This document shows, in pieces, positions 27,379-41,900 of a DNA stretch of 64,000 nt. The stretch's first letter is position 1. Each line of letters starts with the position of its first letter. Source of the DNA: Auanema rhodensis (lineage: Eukaryota; Animalia; Nematoda). The position numbers were made by a program, and so were the translations under genes. The stretch spans positions 4,588,001 through 4,652,000 of the forward strand of contig OZ059897.1 of the NCBI GenBank assembly GCA_964057225.1, written 5' to 3'. The notes beneath the pieces are model-generated. The model was not told the DNA's origin, made no database searches, and worked only from the letters and a program-made list of their open reading frames with translations.

Positions 27379-30300
27379 CAAATCTGATAACACAGATCGA
27401 CGCAGCTTAAAAATCCGCATCGAATGCACTATACTACATTGAGAAACGCTCTATACAAAAATTAGTTATGATCGTTTGAAAAATAATGCATTAGTGTATG
27501 CTGAGTTCCCATGTACACTCAACATTGCTTCCAAAAACATTGTGACAAAAATTTTCCCGAAAAATTTCTAAATAATTTCACAAAAAGTAGGAGTTTTTAG
27601 ATTTCTTTTCTCAAGGCAAAGACGATGGACAATGTTATTCAACGAAAAAATTAATTCTTCAGGGTGAAAATCGAGGATATAAGTGTGAACCTATATCAGT
27701 TGATTACTCGGTGCATTTTTAAGCTAGCGCAAATCTGATAACACAGATCAACGCAGCTTAAAAATCCGCATCGAATGCACTATACTACATTGAGAAACGC
27801 TCCATACAAAAATTAGTTATGATCGTTTGAAAAATAATGCATTAGTGTATGTTGAGTTCCCATGTACACTCAACATTGCTTCCAAAAACATTTTGACAAA
27901 AATTTTCCCGAAAAATTTCTGAATAATTTCACAAAAAGTAGATGTTTTTAGATTCTTTTTTTCAAGACGAATACGATGGACAATGTTTTTCAACGAAAAA
28001 ATCATTTCTTCAGGGTGAAAATTGAGGATATAAGTGTGAACATATATCAGTTGATATCTCAGTGCATTTTTAAGCTAACTCAAATCTGATAACACAGATC
28101 GACGCAGCTTAAAAATCCGCATCGAATGCACTATACTACATTGAGAAACGCTCTATACAAAAATTAGTTATGATCGTTTGAAAAATAATGCATTAGTGTA
28201 TGCTGAGTTCCCATGTACACTCAACATTGCTTCCAAAAACATTGTGACAAAAATTTTCCCGAAAAATTTCTAAATAATTTCACAAAAAGTAGGAGTTTTT
28301 AGATTTCTTTTCTCAAGGCAAAGACGATGGACAATGTTATTCAACGAAAAAATTAATTCTTCAGGGTGAAAATCGAGGATATAAGTGTGAACCTATATCA
28401 GTTGATTACTCGGTGCATTTTTAAGCTAGCGCAAATCTGATAACACAGATCAACGCAGCTTAAAAATCCGCATCGAATGCACTATACTACATTGAGAAAC
28501 GCTCCATACAAAAATTAGTTATGATCGTTTGAAAAATAATGCATTAGTGTATGTTGAGTTCCCATGTACACTCAACATTGCTTCCAAAAACATTTTGACA
28601 AAAATTTTCCCGAAAAATTTCTGAATAATTTCACAAAAAGTAGATGTTTTTAGATTCTTTTTTTCAAGACGAATACGATGGACAATGTTTTTCAACGAAA
28701 AAATCATTTCTTCAGGGTGAAAATTGAGGATATAAGTGTGAACATATATCAGTTGATATCTCAGTGCATTTTTAAGCTAACTCAAATCTGATAACACAGA
28801 TCGACGCAGCTTAAAAATCCGCATCGAATGCACTATACTACATTGAGAAACGCTCTATACAAAAATTAGTTATGATCGTTTGAAAAATAATGCATTAGTG
28901 TATGCTGAGTTCCCATGTACACTCAACATTGCTTCCAAAAACATTGTGACAAAAATTTTCCCGAAAAATTTCTAAATAATTTCACAAAAAGTAGGAGTTT
29001 TTAGATTTCTTTTCTCAAGGCAAAGACGATGGACAATGTTATTCAACGAAAAAATTAATTCTTCAGGGTGAAAATCGAGGATATAAGTGGGAACCTATAT
29101 CAGTTGATTACTCGGTGCATTTTTAAGCTAGCGCAAATCTGATAACACAGATCAACGCAGCTTAAAAATCCGCATCGAATGCACTATACTACATTGAGAA
29201 ACGCTCCATACAAAAATTAGTTATGATCGTTTGAAAAATAATGCATTAATGTATGTTGAGTTCCCATGTACACTCAACATTGCTTCCAAAAACATTGTGA
29301 CAAAAATTTTCCCGAAAAATTTCTGAATAATTTCACAAAAAGTAGATGTTTTTAGATTTTTTTTTTCAAGACGAATACGATGGACAATGTTTTTCAACGA
29401 AAAAATCATTTCTTCAGGGTGAAAATTGAGGATATAAGTGTGAACATATATCAGTTGATATCTCAGTGCATTTTTAAGCTAACTCAAATCTGATAACACA
29501 GATCGACGCAGCTTAAAAATCCGCATCGAATGCACTATACTACATTGAGAAACGCTCTATACAAAAATTAGTTATGATCGTTTGAAAAATAATGCATTAG
29601 TGTATGCTGAGTTCCCATGTACACTCAACATTGCTTCCAAAAACATTTTGACAAAAATTTTCCCGAAAAATTTCTGAATAATTTCACAAAAAGTAGATGT
29701 TTTTAGATTCTTTTTCTCAAGACGAATACGATGGACAATGTTTTTCAACGAAAAAATCATTTCTTCAGGGTGAAAATCGAGGATATAAGTGTGAACATAT
29801 ATCAGTTGATATCTCGGTGCATTTTTAAGCTAACTCAAATCTGATAACACAGATCGACGCAGCTTAAAAATCCGCATCGAATGCACTATACTACATTGAG
29901 AAACGCTCTATACAAAAATTAGTTATGATCGTTTGAAAAATAATGCATTAGTGTATGCTGAGTTCCCATGTACACTCAACATTGCTTCCAAAAACATTGT
30001 GACAAAAATTTTCCCGAAAAATTTCTAAATAATTTCACAAAAAGTAGATGTTTTTAGATTCCTTTTTTTAAGACGAATACGATGGACAATGTTTTTCAAC
30101 GAAAAAATCATTTCTTCAGGGTGAAAATCGAGGATATAAGTGTGAACATATATCAGTTGATATCTCGGTGCATTTTCAAGCTAACTCAAATCTGATAACA
30201 CAGATCGACGCAGCTTAAAAATCCGCATCGAATGCACTATACTACATTGAGAAACGCTCTATACAAAAATTAGTTATGATCGTTTGAAAAATAATGCATT

Positions 30301-32994
30301 AGTGTATGCTGAGTTCCCATGTACACTCAACATTGCTTCCAAAAACATTGTGACAAAAATTTTCCCGAAAAATTTCTAAATAATTTCACAAAAAGTAGGA
30401 GTTTTTAGATTTCTTTTCTCAAGGCAAAGACGATGGACAATGTTATTCAACGAAAAAATTAATTCTTCAGGGTGAAAATCGAGGATATAAGTGTGAACCT
30501 ATATCAGTTGATTACTCGGTGCATTTTTAAGCTAGCGCAAATCTGATAACACAGATCAACGCAGCTTAAAAATCCGCATCGAATGCACTATACTACATTG
30601 AGAAACGCTCCATACAAAAATTAGTTATGATCGTTTGAAAAATAATGCATTAGTGTATGTTGAGTTCCCATGTACACTCAACATTGCTTCCAAAAACATT
30701 TTGACAAAAATTTTCCCGAAAAATTTCTGAATAATTTCACAAAAAGTAGATGTTTTTAGATTCTTTTTTTCAAGACGAATACGATGGACAATGTTTTTCA
30801 ACGAAAAAATCATTTCTTCAGGGTGAAAATTGAGGATATAAGTGTGAACATATATCAGTTGATATCTCAGTGCATTTTTAAGCTAACTCAAATCTGATAA
30901 CACAGATCGACGCAGCTTAAAAATCCGCATCGAATGCACTATACTACATTGAGAAACGCTCTATACAAAAATTAGTTATGATCGTTTGAAAAATAATGCA
31001 TTAGTGTATGCTGAGTTCCCATGTACACTCAACATTGCTTCCAAAAACATTGTGACAAAAATTTTCCCGAAAAATTTCTAAATAATTTCACAAAAAGTAG
31101 GAGTTTTTAGATTTCTTTTCTCAAGGCAAAGACGATGGACAATGTTATTCAACGAAAAAATTAATTCTTCAGGGTGAAAATCGAGGATATAAGTGTGAAC
31201 CTATATCAGTTGATTACTCGGTGCATTTTTAAGCTAGCGCAAATCTGATAACACAGATCAACGCAGCTTAAAAATCCGCATCGAATGCACTATACTACAT
31301 TGAGAAACGCTCCATACAAAAATTAGTTATGATCGTTTGAAAAATAATGCATTAGTGTATGTTGAGTTCCCATGTACACTCAACATTGCTTCCAAAAACA
31401 TTTTGACAAAAATTTTCCCGAAAAATTTCTGAATAATTTCACAAAAAGTAGATGTTTTTAGATTCTTTTTTTCAAGACGAATACGATGGACAATGTTTTT
31501 CAACGAAAAAATCATTTCTTCAGGGTGAAAATTGAGGATATAAGTGTGAACATATATCAGTTGATATCTCAGTGCATTTTTAAGCTAACTCAAATCTGAT
31601 AACACAGATCGACGCAGCTTAAAAATCCGCATCGAATGCACTATACTACATTGAGAAACGCTCTATACAAAAATTAGTTATGATCGTTTGAAAAATAATG
31701 CATTAGTGTATGCTGAGTTCCCATGTACACTCAACATTGCTTCCAAAAACATTGTGACAAAAATTTTCCCGAAAAATTTCTAAATAATTTCACAAAAAGT
31801 AGGAGTTTTTAGATTTCTTTTCTCAAGGCAAAGACGATGGACAATGTTATTCAACGAAAAAATTAATTCTTCAGGGTGAAAATCGAGGATATAAGTGTGA
31901 ACCTATATCAGTTGATTACTCGGTGCATTTTTAAGCTAGCGCAAATCTGATAACACAGATCAACGCAGCTTAAAAATCCGCATCGAATGCACTATACTAC
32001 ATTGAGAAACGCTCCATACAAAAATTAGTTATGATCGTTTGAAAAATAATGCATTAGTGTATGTTGAGTTCCCATGTACACTCAACATTGCTTCCAAAAA
32101 CATTTTGACAAAAATTTTCCCGAAAAATTTCTGAATAATTTCACAAAAAGTAGATGTTTTTAGATTCTTTTTTTCAAGACGAATACGATGGACAATGTTT
32201 TTCAACGAAAAAATCATTTCTTCAGGGTGAAAATTGAGGATATAAGTGTGAACATATATCAGTTGATATCTCAGTGCATTTTTAAGCTAACTCAAATCTG
32301 ATAACACAGATCGACGCAGCTTAAAAATCCGCATCGAATGCACTATACTACATTGAGAAACGCTCTATACAAAAATTAGTTATGATCGTTTGAAAAATAA
32401 TGCATTAGTGTATGCTGAGTTCCCATGTACACTCAACATTGCTTCCAAAAACATTGTGACAAAAATTTTCCCGAAAAATTTCTAAATAATTTCACAAAAA
32501 GTAGGAGTTTTTAGATTTCTTTTCTCAAGGCAAAGACGATGGACAATGTTATTCAACGAAAAAATTAATTCTTCAGGGTGAAAATCGAGGATATAAGTGT
32601 GAACCTATATCAGTTGATTACTCGGTGCATTTTTAAGCTAGCGCAAATCTGATAACACAGATCAACGCAGCTTAAAAATCCGCATCGAATGCACTATACT
32701 ACATTGAGAAACGCTCCATACAAAAATTAGTTATGATCGTTTGAAAAATAATGCATTAGTGTATGTTGAGTTCCCATGTACACTCAACATTGCTTCCAAA
32801 AACATTTTGACAAAAATTTTCCCGAAAAATTTCTGAATAATTTCACAAAAAGTAGATGTTTTTAGATTCTTTTTTTCAAGACGAATACGATGGACAATGT
32901 TTTTCAACGAAAAAATCATTTCTTCAGGGTGAAAATCGAGGATATAAGTGTGAACATATATCAGTTGATATCTCGGTGCATTTTTAAGCTAACT
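27379..32994 (+). repeat. B-A dimeric (702-bp) higher-order runs (27379-29484 and 30187-32994)
   Basis: B-type (GGAG, GGCAAAGAC, TTAAT, GCTAGCG) and A-type (GATG, GACGAATAC, TCATT, GCTAACT) monomers alternate. ORFs occur every 702 bp (27817, 28519, 29221; 30625, 31327, 32029, 32731). Confidence 0.85.
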
Positions 32995-35900
32995 CAAATC
33001 TGATAACACAGATCGACGCAGCTTAAAAATCCGCATCGAATGCACTATACTACATTGAGAAACGCTCTATACAAAAATTAGTTATGATCGTTTGAAAAAT
33101 AATGCATTAGTGTATGCTGAGTTCCCATGTACACTCAACATTGCTTCCAAAAACATTGTGACAAAAATTTTCCCGAAAAATTTCTAAATAATTTCACAAA
33201 AAGTAGATGTTTTTAGATTCCTTTTTTCAAGACGAATACGATGGACAATGTTTTTCAACGAAAAAATCATTTCTTCAGGGTGAAAATCGAGGATATAAGT
33301 GTGAACATATATCAGTTGATTACTCGGTGCATTTTTAAGCTAGCGCAAATCTGATAACACAGATCAACGCAACTCAAAAATCCGCATCGAATGCACTATA
33401 CTACATTGAGAAACGCTCTATACAAAAATTAGTTATGATCGTTTGAAAAATAATGCATTAGTGTATGCTGAGTTCCCATGTACACTCAACATTGCTTCCA
33501 AAAACATTGTGACAAAAATTTTCCCGAAAAATTTCTTAATAATTTCACAAAAAGTAGGAGTTTTTAGATTTCTTTTCTCAAGGCAAAGACGATGGACAAT
33601 GTTATTCAACGAAAAAATTAATTCTTCAGGGTGAAAATCGAGGATATAAGTGTGAACCTATATCAGTTGATTACTCGGTGCATTTTTAAGCTAGCGCAAA
33701 TCTGATAACACAGATCAACGCAGCTCAAAAATCCGCATCGAATGCACTATACTACATTGAGAAACGCTCCATACAAAAATTAGTTATGATCGTTTGAAAA
33801 ATAATGCATTAGTGTATGTTGAGTTCCCATGTACACTCAACATTGCTTCCAAAAACATTTTGACAAAAATTTTCCCGAAAAATTTCTGAATAATTTCACA
33901 AAAAGTAGATGTTTTTAGATTCTTTTTTTCAAGACGAATACGATGGACAATGTTTTTCAACGAAAAAATCATTTCTTCAGGGTGAAAATCGAGGATATAA
34001 GTGTGAACATATATCAGTTGATATCTCGGTGCATTTTTAAGCTAACTCAAATCTGATAACACAGATCGACGCAGCTTAAAAATCCGCATCGAATGCACTA
34101 TACTACATTGAGAAACGCTCTATACAAAAATTAGTTATGATCGTTTGAAAAATAATGCATTAGTGTATGCTGAGTTCCCATGTACACTCAACATTGCTTC
34201 CAAAAACATTGTGACAAAAATTTTCCCGAAAAATTTCTAAATAATTTCACAAAAAGTAGGAGTTTTTAGATTTCTTTTCTCAAGGCAAAGACGATGGACA
34301 ATGTTATTCAACGAAAAAATTAATTCTTCAGGGTGAAAATCGAGGATATAAGTGTGAACCTATATCAGTTGATTACTCGGTGCATTTTTAAGCTAGCGCA
34401 AATCTGATAACACAGATCAACGCAGCTTAAAAATCCGCATCGAATGCACTATACTACATTGAGAAACGCTCCATACAAAAATTAGTTATGATCGTTTGAA
34501 AAATAATGCATTAGTGTATGTTGAGTTCCCATGTACACTCAACATTGCTTCCAAAAACATTTTGACAAAAATTTTCCCGAAAACTTTCTGAATAATTTCA
34601 CAAAAAGTAGATGTTTTTAGATTCTTTTTTTCAAGACGAATACGATGGACAATGTTTTTCAACGAAAAAATCATTTCTTCAGGGTGAAAATCGAGGATAT
34701 AAGTGTGAACATATATCAGTTGATATCTCGGTGCATTTTTAAGCTAACTCAAATCTGATAACACAGATCGACGCAGCTTAAAAATCCGCATCGAATGCAC
34801 TATACTACATTGAGAAACGCTCCATACAAAAATTAGTTATGATCGTTTGAAAAATAATGCATTAGTGTATGTTGAGTTCCCATGTACACTCAACATTGCT
34901 TCCAAAAACATTTTGACAAAAATTTTCCCGAAAAATTTCTGAATAATTTCACAAAAAGTAGATGTTTTTAGATTCTTTTTTTCAAGACGAATACGATGGA
35001 CAATGTTATTCAACGAAAAAATTAATTCTTCAGGGTGAAAATCGAGGATATAAGTGTGAACCTATATCAGTTGATTACTCGGTGCATTTTTAAGCTAGCG
35101 CAAATCTGATAACACAGATCAACGCAGCTCAAAAATCCGCATCGAATGCACTATACTACATTGAGAAACGCTCCATACAAAAATTAGTTATGATCGTTTG
35201 AAAAATAATGCATTAGTGTATGTTGAGTTCCCATGTACACTCAACATTGCTTCCAAAAACATTTTGACAAAAATTTTCCCAAAAAATTTCTGAATAATTT
35301 CACAAAAAGTAGATGTTTTTAGATTCTTTTTTTCAAGACGAATACGATGGACAATGTTTTTCAACGAAAAAATCATTTCTTCAGGGTGAAAATCGAGGAT
35401 ATAAGTGTGAACATATATCAGTTGATATCTCGGTGCATTTTTAAGCTAACTCAAATCTGATAACACAGATCGACGCAGCTTAAAAATCCGCATCGAATGC
35501 ACTATACTACATTGAGAAACGCTCCATACAAAAATTAGTTATGATCGTTTGAAAAATAATGCATTAGTGTATGTTGAGTTCCCATGTACACTCAACATTG
35601 CTTCCAAAAACATTGTGACAAAAATTTTCCCGAAAAATTTCTAAATAATTTCACAAAAAGTAGATGTTTTTAGATTCCTTTTTTCAAGACGAATACGATG
35701 GACAATGTTTTTCAACGAAAAAATCATTTCTTCAGGGTGAAAATCGAGGATATAAGTGTGAACATATATCAGTTGATATCTCGGTGCATTTTCAAGCTAA
35801 CTCAAATCTGATAACACAGATCGACGCAGCTTAAAAATCCGCATCGAATGCACTATACTACATTGAGAAACGCTCTATACAAAAATTAGTTATGATCGTT

Positions 35901-38900
35901 TGAAAAATAATGCATTAGTGTATGCTGAGTTCCCATGTACACTCAACATTGCTTCCAAAAACATTGTGACAAAAATTTTCCCGAAAAATTTCTAAATAAT
36001 TTCACAAAAAGTAGGAGTTTTTAGATTTCTTTTCTCAAGGCAAAGACGATGGACAATGTTATTCAACGAAAAAATTAATTCTTCAGGGTGAAAATCGAGG
36101 ATATAAGTGTGAACCTATATCAGTTGATTACTCGGTGCATTTTTAAGCTAGCGCAAATCTGATAACACAGATCAACGCAGCTTAAAAATCCGCATCGAAT
36201 GCACTATACTACATTGAGAAACGCTCCATACAAAAATTAGTTATGATCGTTTGAAAAATAATGCATTAGTGTATGTTGAGTTCCCATGTACACTCAACAT
36301 TGCTTCCAAAAACATTTTGACAAAAATTTTCCCGAAAAATTTCTGAATAATTTCACAAAAAGTAGATGTTTTTAGATTCTTTTTTTCAAGACGAATACGA
36401 TGGACAATGTTTTTCAACGAAAAAATCATTTCTTCAGGGTGAAAATTGAGGATATAAGTGTGAACATATATCAGTTGATATCTCAGTGCATTTTTAAGCT
36501 AACTCAAATCTGATAACACAGATCGACGCAGCTTAAAAATCCGCATCGAATGCACTATACTACATTGAGAAACGCTCTATACAAAAATTAGTTATGATCG
36601 TTTGAAAAATAATGCATTAGTGTATGCTGAGTTCCCATGTACACTCAACATTGCTTCCAAAAACATTGTGACAAAAATTTTCCCGAAAAATTTCTAAATA
36701 ATTTCACAAAAAGTAGGAGTTTTTAGATTTCTTTTCTCAAGGCAAAGACGATGGACAATGTTATTCAACGAAAAAATTAATTCTTCAGGGTGAAAATCGA
36801 GGATATAAGTGTGAACCTATATCAGTTGATTACTCGGTGCATTTTTAAGCTAGCGCAAATCTGATAACACAGATCAACGCAACTCAAAAATCCGCATCGA
36901 ATGCACTATACTACATTGAGAAACGCTCTATACAAAAATTAGTTATGATCGTTTGAAAAATAATGCATTAGTGTATGCTGAGTTCCCATGTACACTCAAC
37001 ATTGCTTCCAAAAACATTGTGACAAAAATTTTCCCGAAAAATTTCTAAATAATTTCACAAAAAGTAGGAGTTTTTAGATTTCTTTTCTCAAGGCAAAGAC
37101 GATGGACAATGTTATTCAACGAAAAAATTAATTCTTCAGGGTGAAAATCGAGGATATAAGTGTGAACCTATATCAGTTGATTACTCGGTGCATTTTTAAG
37201 CTAGCGCAAATCTGATAACACAGATCAACGCAGCTTAAAAATCCGCATCGAATGCACTATACTACATTGAGAAACGCTCCATACAAAAATTAGTTATGAT
37301 CGTTTGAAAAATAATGCATTAGTGTATGTTGAGTTCCCATGTACACTCAACATTGCTTCCAAAAACATTTTGACAAAAATTTTCCCGAAAAATTTCTGAA
37401 TAATTTCACAAAAAGTAGATGTTTTTAGATTCTTTTTTTCAAGACGAATACGATGGACAATGTTTTTCAACGAAAAAATCATTTCTTCAGGGTGAAAATC
37501 GAGGATATAAGTGTGAACATATATCAGTTGATATCTCGGTGCATTTTTAAGCTAACTCAAATCTGATAACACAGATCGACGCAGCTTAAAAATCCGCATC
37601 GAATGCACTATACTACATTGAGAAACGCTCTATACAAAAATTAGTTATGATCGTTTGAAAAATAATGCATTAGTGTATGCTGAGTTCCCATGTACACTCA
37701 ACATTGCTTCCAAAAACATTGTGACAAAAATTTTCCCGAAAAATTTCTGAATAATTTCACAAAAAGTAGATGTTTTTAGATTCCTTTTTTCAAGACGAAT
37801 ACGATGGACAATGTTTTTCAACGAAAAAATCATTTCTTCAGGGTGAAAATCGAGGATATAAGTGTGAACATATATCAGTTGATATCTCGGTGCATTTTCA
37901 AGCTAACTCAAATCTGATAACACAGATCGACGCAGCTTAAAAATCCGCATCGAATGCACTATACTACATTGAGAAACGCTCTATACAAAAATTAGTTATG
38001 ATCGTTTGAAAAATAATGCATTAGTGTATGCTGAGTTCCCATGTACACTCAACATTGCTTCCAAAAACATTGTGACAAAAATTTTCCCGAAAAATTTCTA
38101 AATAATTTCACAAAAAGTAGGAGTTTTTAGATTTCTTTTCTCAAGGCAAAGACGATGGACAATGTTATTCAACGAAAAAATTAATTCTTCAGGGTGAAAA
38201 TCGAGGATATAAGTGTGAACCTATATCAGTTGATTACTCGGTGCATTTTTAAGCTAGCGCAAATCTGATAACACAGATCAACGCAGCTTAAAAATCCGCA
38301 TCGAATGCACTATACTACATTGAGAAACGCTCCATACAAAAATTAGTTATGATCGTTTGAAAAATAATGCATTAGTGTATGTTGAGTTCCCATGTACACT
38401 CAACATTGCTTCCAAAAACATTTTGACAAAAATTTTCCCGAAAAATTTCTGAATAATTTCACAAAAAGTAGATGTTTTTAGATTCTTTTTTTCAAGACGA
38501 ATACGATGGACAATGTTTTTCAACGAAAAAATCATTTCTTCAGGGTGAAAATTGAGGATATAAGTGTGAACATATATCAGTTGATATCTCAGTGCATTTT
38601 TAAGCTAACTCAAATCTGATAACACAGATCGACGCAGCTTAAAAATCCGCATCGAATGCACTATACTACATTGAGAAACGCTCTATACAAAAATTAGTTA
38701 TGATCGTTTGAAAAATAATGCATTAGTGTATGCTGAGTTCCCATGTACACTCAACATTGCTTCCAAAAACATTGTGACAAAAATTTTCCCGAAAAATTTC
38801 TAAATAATTTCACAAAAAGTAGGAGTTTTTAGATTTCTTTTCTCAAGGCAAAGACGATGGACAATGTTATTCAACGAAAAAATTAATTCTTCAGGGTGAA

Positions 38901-41900
38901 AATCGAGGATATAAGTGTGAACCTATATCAGTTGATTACTCGGTGCATTTTTAAGCTAGCGCAAATCTGATAACACAGATCAACGCAGCTTAAAAATCCG
39001 CATCGAATGCACTATACTACATTGAGAAACGCTCCATACAAAAATTAGTTATGATCGTTTGAAAAATAATGCATTAGTGTATGTTGAGTTCCCATGTACA
39101 CTCAACATTGCTTCCAAAAACATTTTGACAAAAATTTTCCCGAAAAATTTCTGAATAATTTCACAAAAAGTAGATGTTTTTAGATTCTTTTTTTCAAGAC
39201 GAATACGATGGACAATGTTTTTCAACGAAAAAATCATTTCTTCAGGGTGAAAATCGAGGATATAAGTGTGAACATATATCAGTTGATATCTCGGTGCATT
39301 TTTAAGCTAACTCAAATCTGATAACACAGATCGACGCAGCTTAAAAATCCGCATCGAATGCACTATACTACATTGAGAAACGCTCCATACAAAAATTAGT
39401 TATGATCGTTTGAAAAATAATGCATTAGTGTATGTTGAGTTCCCATGTACACTCAACATTGCTTCCAAAAACATTTTGACAAAAATTTTCCCGAAAAATT
39501 TCTGAATAATTTCACAAAAAGTAGATGTTTTTAGATTCCTTTTTTCAAGACGAATACGATGGACAATGTTTTTCAACGAAAAAATCATTTCTTCAGGGTG
39601 AAAATTGAGGATATAAGTGTGAACATATATCAGTTGATATCTCAGTGCATTTTTAAGCTAACTCAAATCTGATAACACAGATCGACGCAGCTTAAAAATC
39701 CGCATCGAATGCACTATACTACATTGAGAAACGCTCTATACAAAAATTAGTTATGATCGTTTGAAAAATAATGCATTAGTGTATGCTGAGTTCCCATGTA
39801 CACTCAACATTGCTTCCAAAAACATTGTGACAAAAATTTTCCCGAAAAATTTCTAAATAATTTCACAAAAAGTAGGAGTTTTTAGATTTCTTTTCTCAAG
39901 GCAAAGACGATGGACAATGTTATTCAACGAAAAAATTAATTCTTCAGGGTGAAAATCGAGGATATAAGTGTGAACCTATATCAGTTGATTACTCGGTGCA
40001 TTTTTAAGCTAGCGCAAATCTGATAACACAGATCAACGCAGCTTAAAAATCCGCATCGAATGCACTATACTACATTGAGAAACGCTCCATACAAAAATTA
40101 GTTATGATCGTTTGAAAAATAATGCATTAGTGTATGTTGAGTTCCCATGTACACTCAACATTGCTTCCAAAAACATTTTGACAAAAATTTTCCCGAAAAA
40201 TTTCTGAATAATTTCACAAAAAGTAGATGTTTTTAGATTCTTTTTTTCAAGACGAATACGATGGACAATGTTTTTCAACGAAAAAATCATTTCTTCAGGG
40301 TGAAAATCGAGGATATAAGTGTGAACATATATCAGTTGATATCTCGGTGCATTTTTAAGCTAACTCAAATCTGATAACACAGATCGACGCAGCTTAAAAA
40401 TCCGCATCGAATGCACTATACTACATTGAGAAACGCTCTATACAAAAATTAGTTATGATCGTTTGAAAAATAATGCATTAGTGTATGCTGAGTTCCCATG
40501 TACACTCAACATTGCTTCCAAAAACATTTTGACAAAAATTTTCCCGAAAAATTTCTGAATAATTTCACAAAAAGTAGATGTTTTTAGATTCTTTTTTTCA
40601 AGACGAATACGATGGACAATGTTTTTCAACGAAAAAATCATTTCTTCAGGGTGAAAATCGAGGATATAAGTGTGAACATATATCAGTTGATATCTCGGTG
40701 CATTTTTAAGCTAACTCAAATCTGATAACACAGATCGACGCAGCTTGAAAATCCGCATCGAATGCACTATACTACATTGAGAAACGCTCTATACAAAAAT
40801 TAGTTATTATCGTTTGAAAAATAATGCATTAGTGTATGCTGAGTTCCCATGTACACTCAACATTGCTTCCAAAAACATTGTGACAAAAATTTTCCCGAAA
40901 AATTTCTAAATAATTTCACAAAAAGTAGGAGTTTTTAGATTTCTTTTCTCAAGGCAAAGACGATGGACAATGTTATTCAACGAAAAAATTAATTCTTCAG
41001 GGTGAAAATCGAGGATATAAGTGTGAACCTATATCAGTTGATTACTCGGTGCATTTTTAAGCTAGCGCAAATCTGATAACACAGATCAACGCAGCTTAAA
41101 AATCCGCATCGAATGCACTATACTACATTGAGAAACGCTCCATACAAAAATTAGTTATGATCGTTTGAAAAATAATGCATTAGTGTATGTTGAGTTCCCA
41201 TGTACACTCAACATTGCTTCCAAAAACATTTTGACAAAAATTTTCCCGAAAAATTTCTGAATAATTTCACAAAAAGTAGATGTTTTTAGATTCTTTTTTT
41301 CAAGACGAATACGATGGACAATGTTTTTCAACGAAAAAATCATTTCTTCAGGGTGAAAATCGAGGATATAAGTGTGAACATATATCAGTTGATATCTCGG
41401 TGCATTTTTAAGCTAACTCAAATCTGATAACACAGATCGACGCAGCTTAAAAATCCGCATCGAATGCACTATACTACATTGAGAAACGCTCTATACAAAA
41501 ATTAGTTATGATCGTTTGAAAAATAATGCATTAGTGTATGCTGAGTTCCCATGTACACTCAACATTGCTTCCAAAAACATTGTGACAAAAATTTTCCCGA
41601 AAAATTTCTAAATAATTTCACAAAAAGTAGATGTTTTTAGATTCCTTTTTTCAAGACGAATACGATGGACAATGTTTTTCAACGAAAAAATCATTTCTTC
41701 AGGGTGAAAATCGAGGATATAAGTGTGAACATATATCAGTTGATATCTCGGTGCATTTTCAAGCTAACTCAAATCTGATAACACAGATCGACGCAGCTTA
41801 AAAATCCGCATCGAATGCACTATACTACATTGAGAAACGCTCTATACAAAAATTAGTTATGATCGTTTGAAAAATAATGCATTAGTGTATGCTGAGTTCC

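Noticed and set aside
33443-33634. 63-aa + strand ORFs (33443, 48185, 49940)
   Set aside because: Each arises from a different private SNP that removes the same stop codon, and each starts at TTG. These are chance read-throughs.
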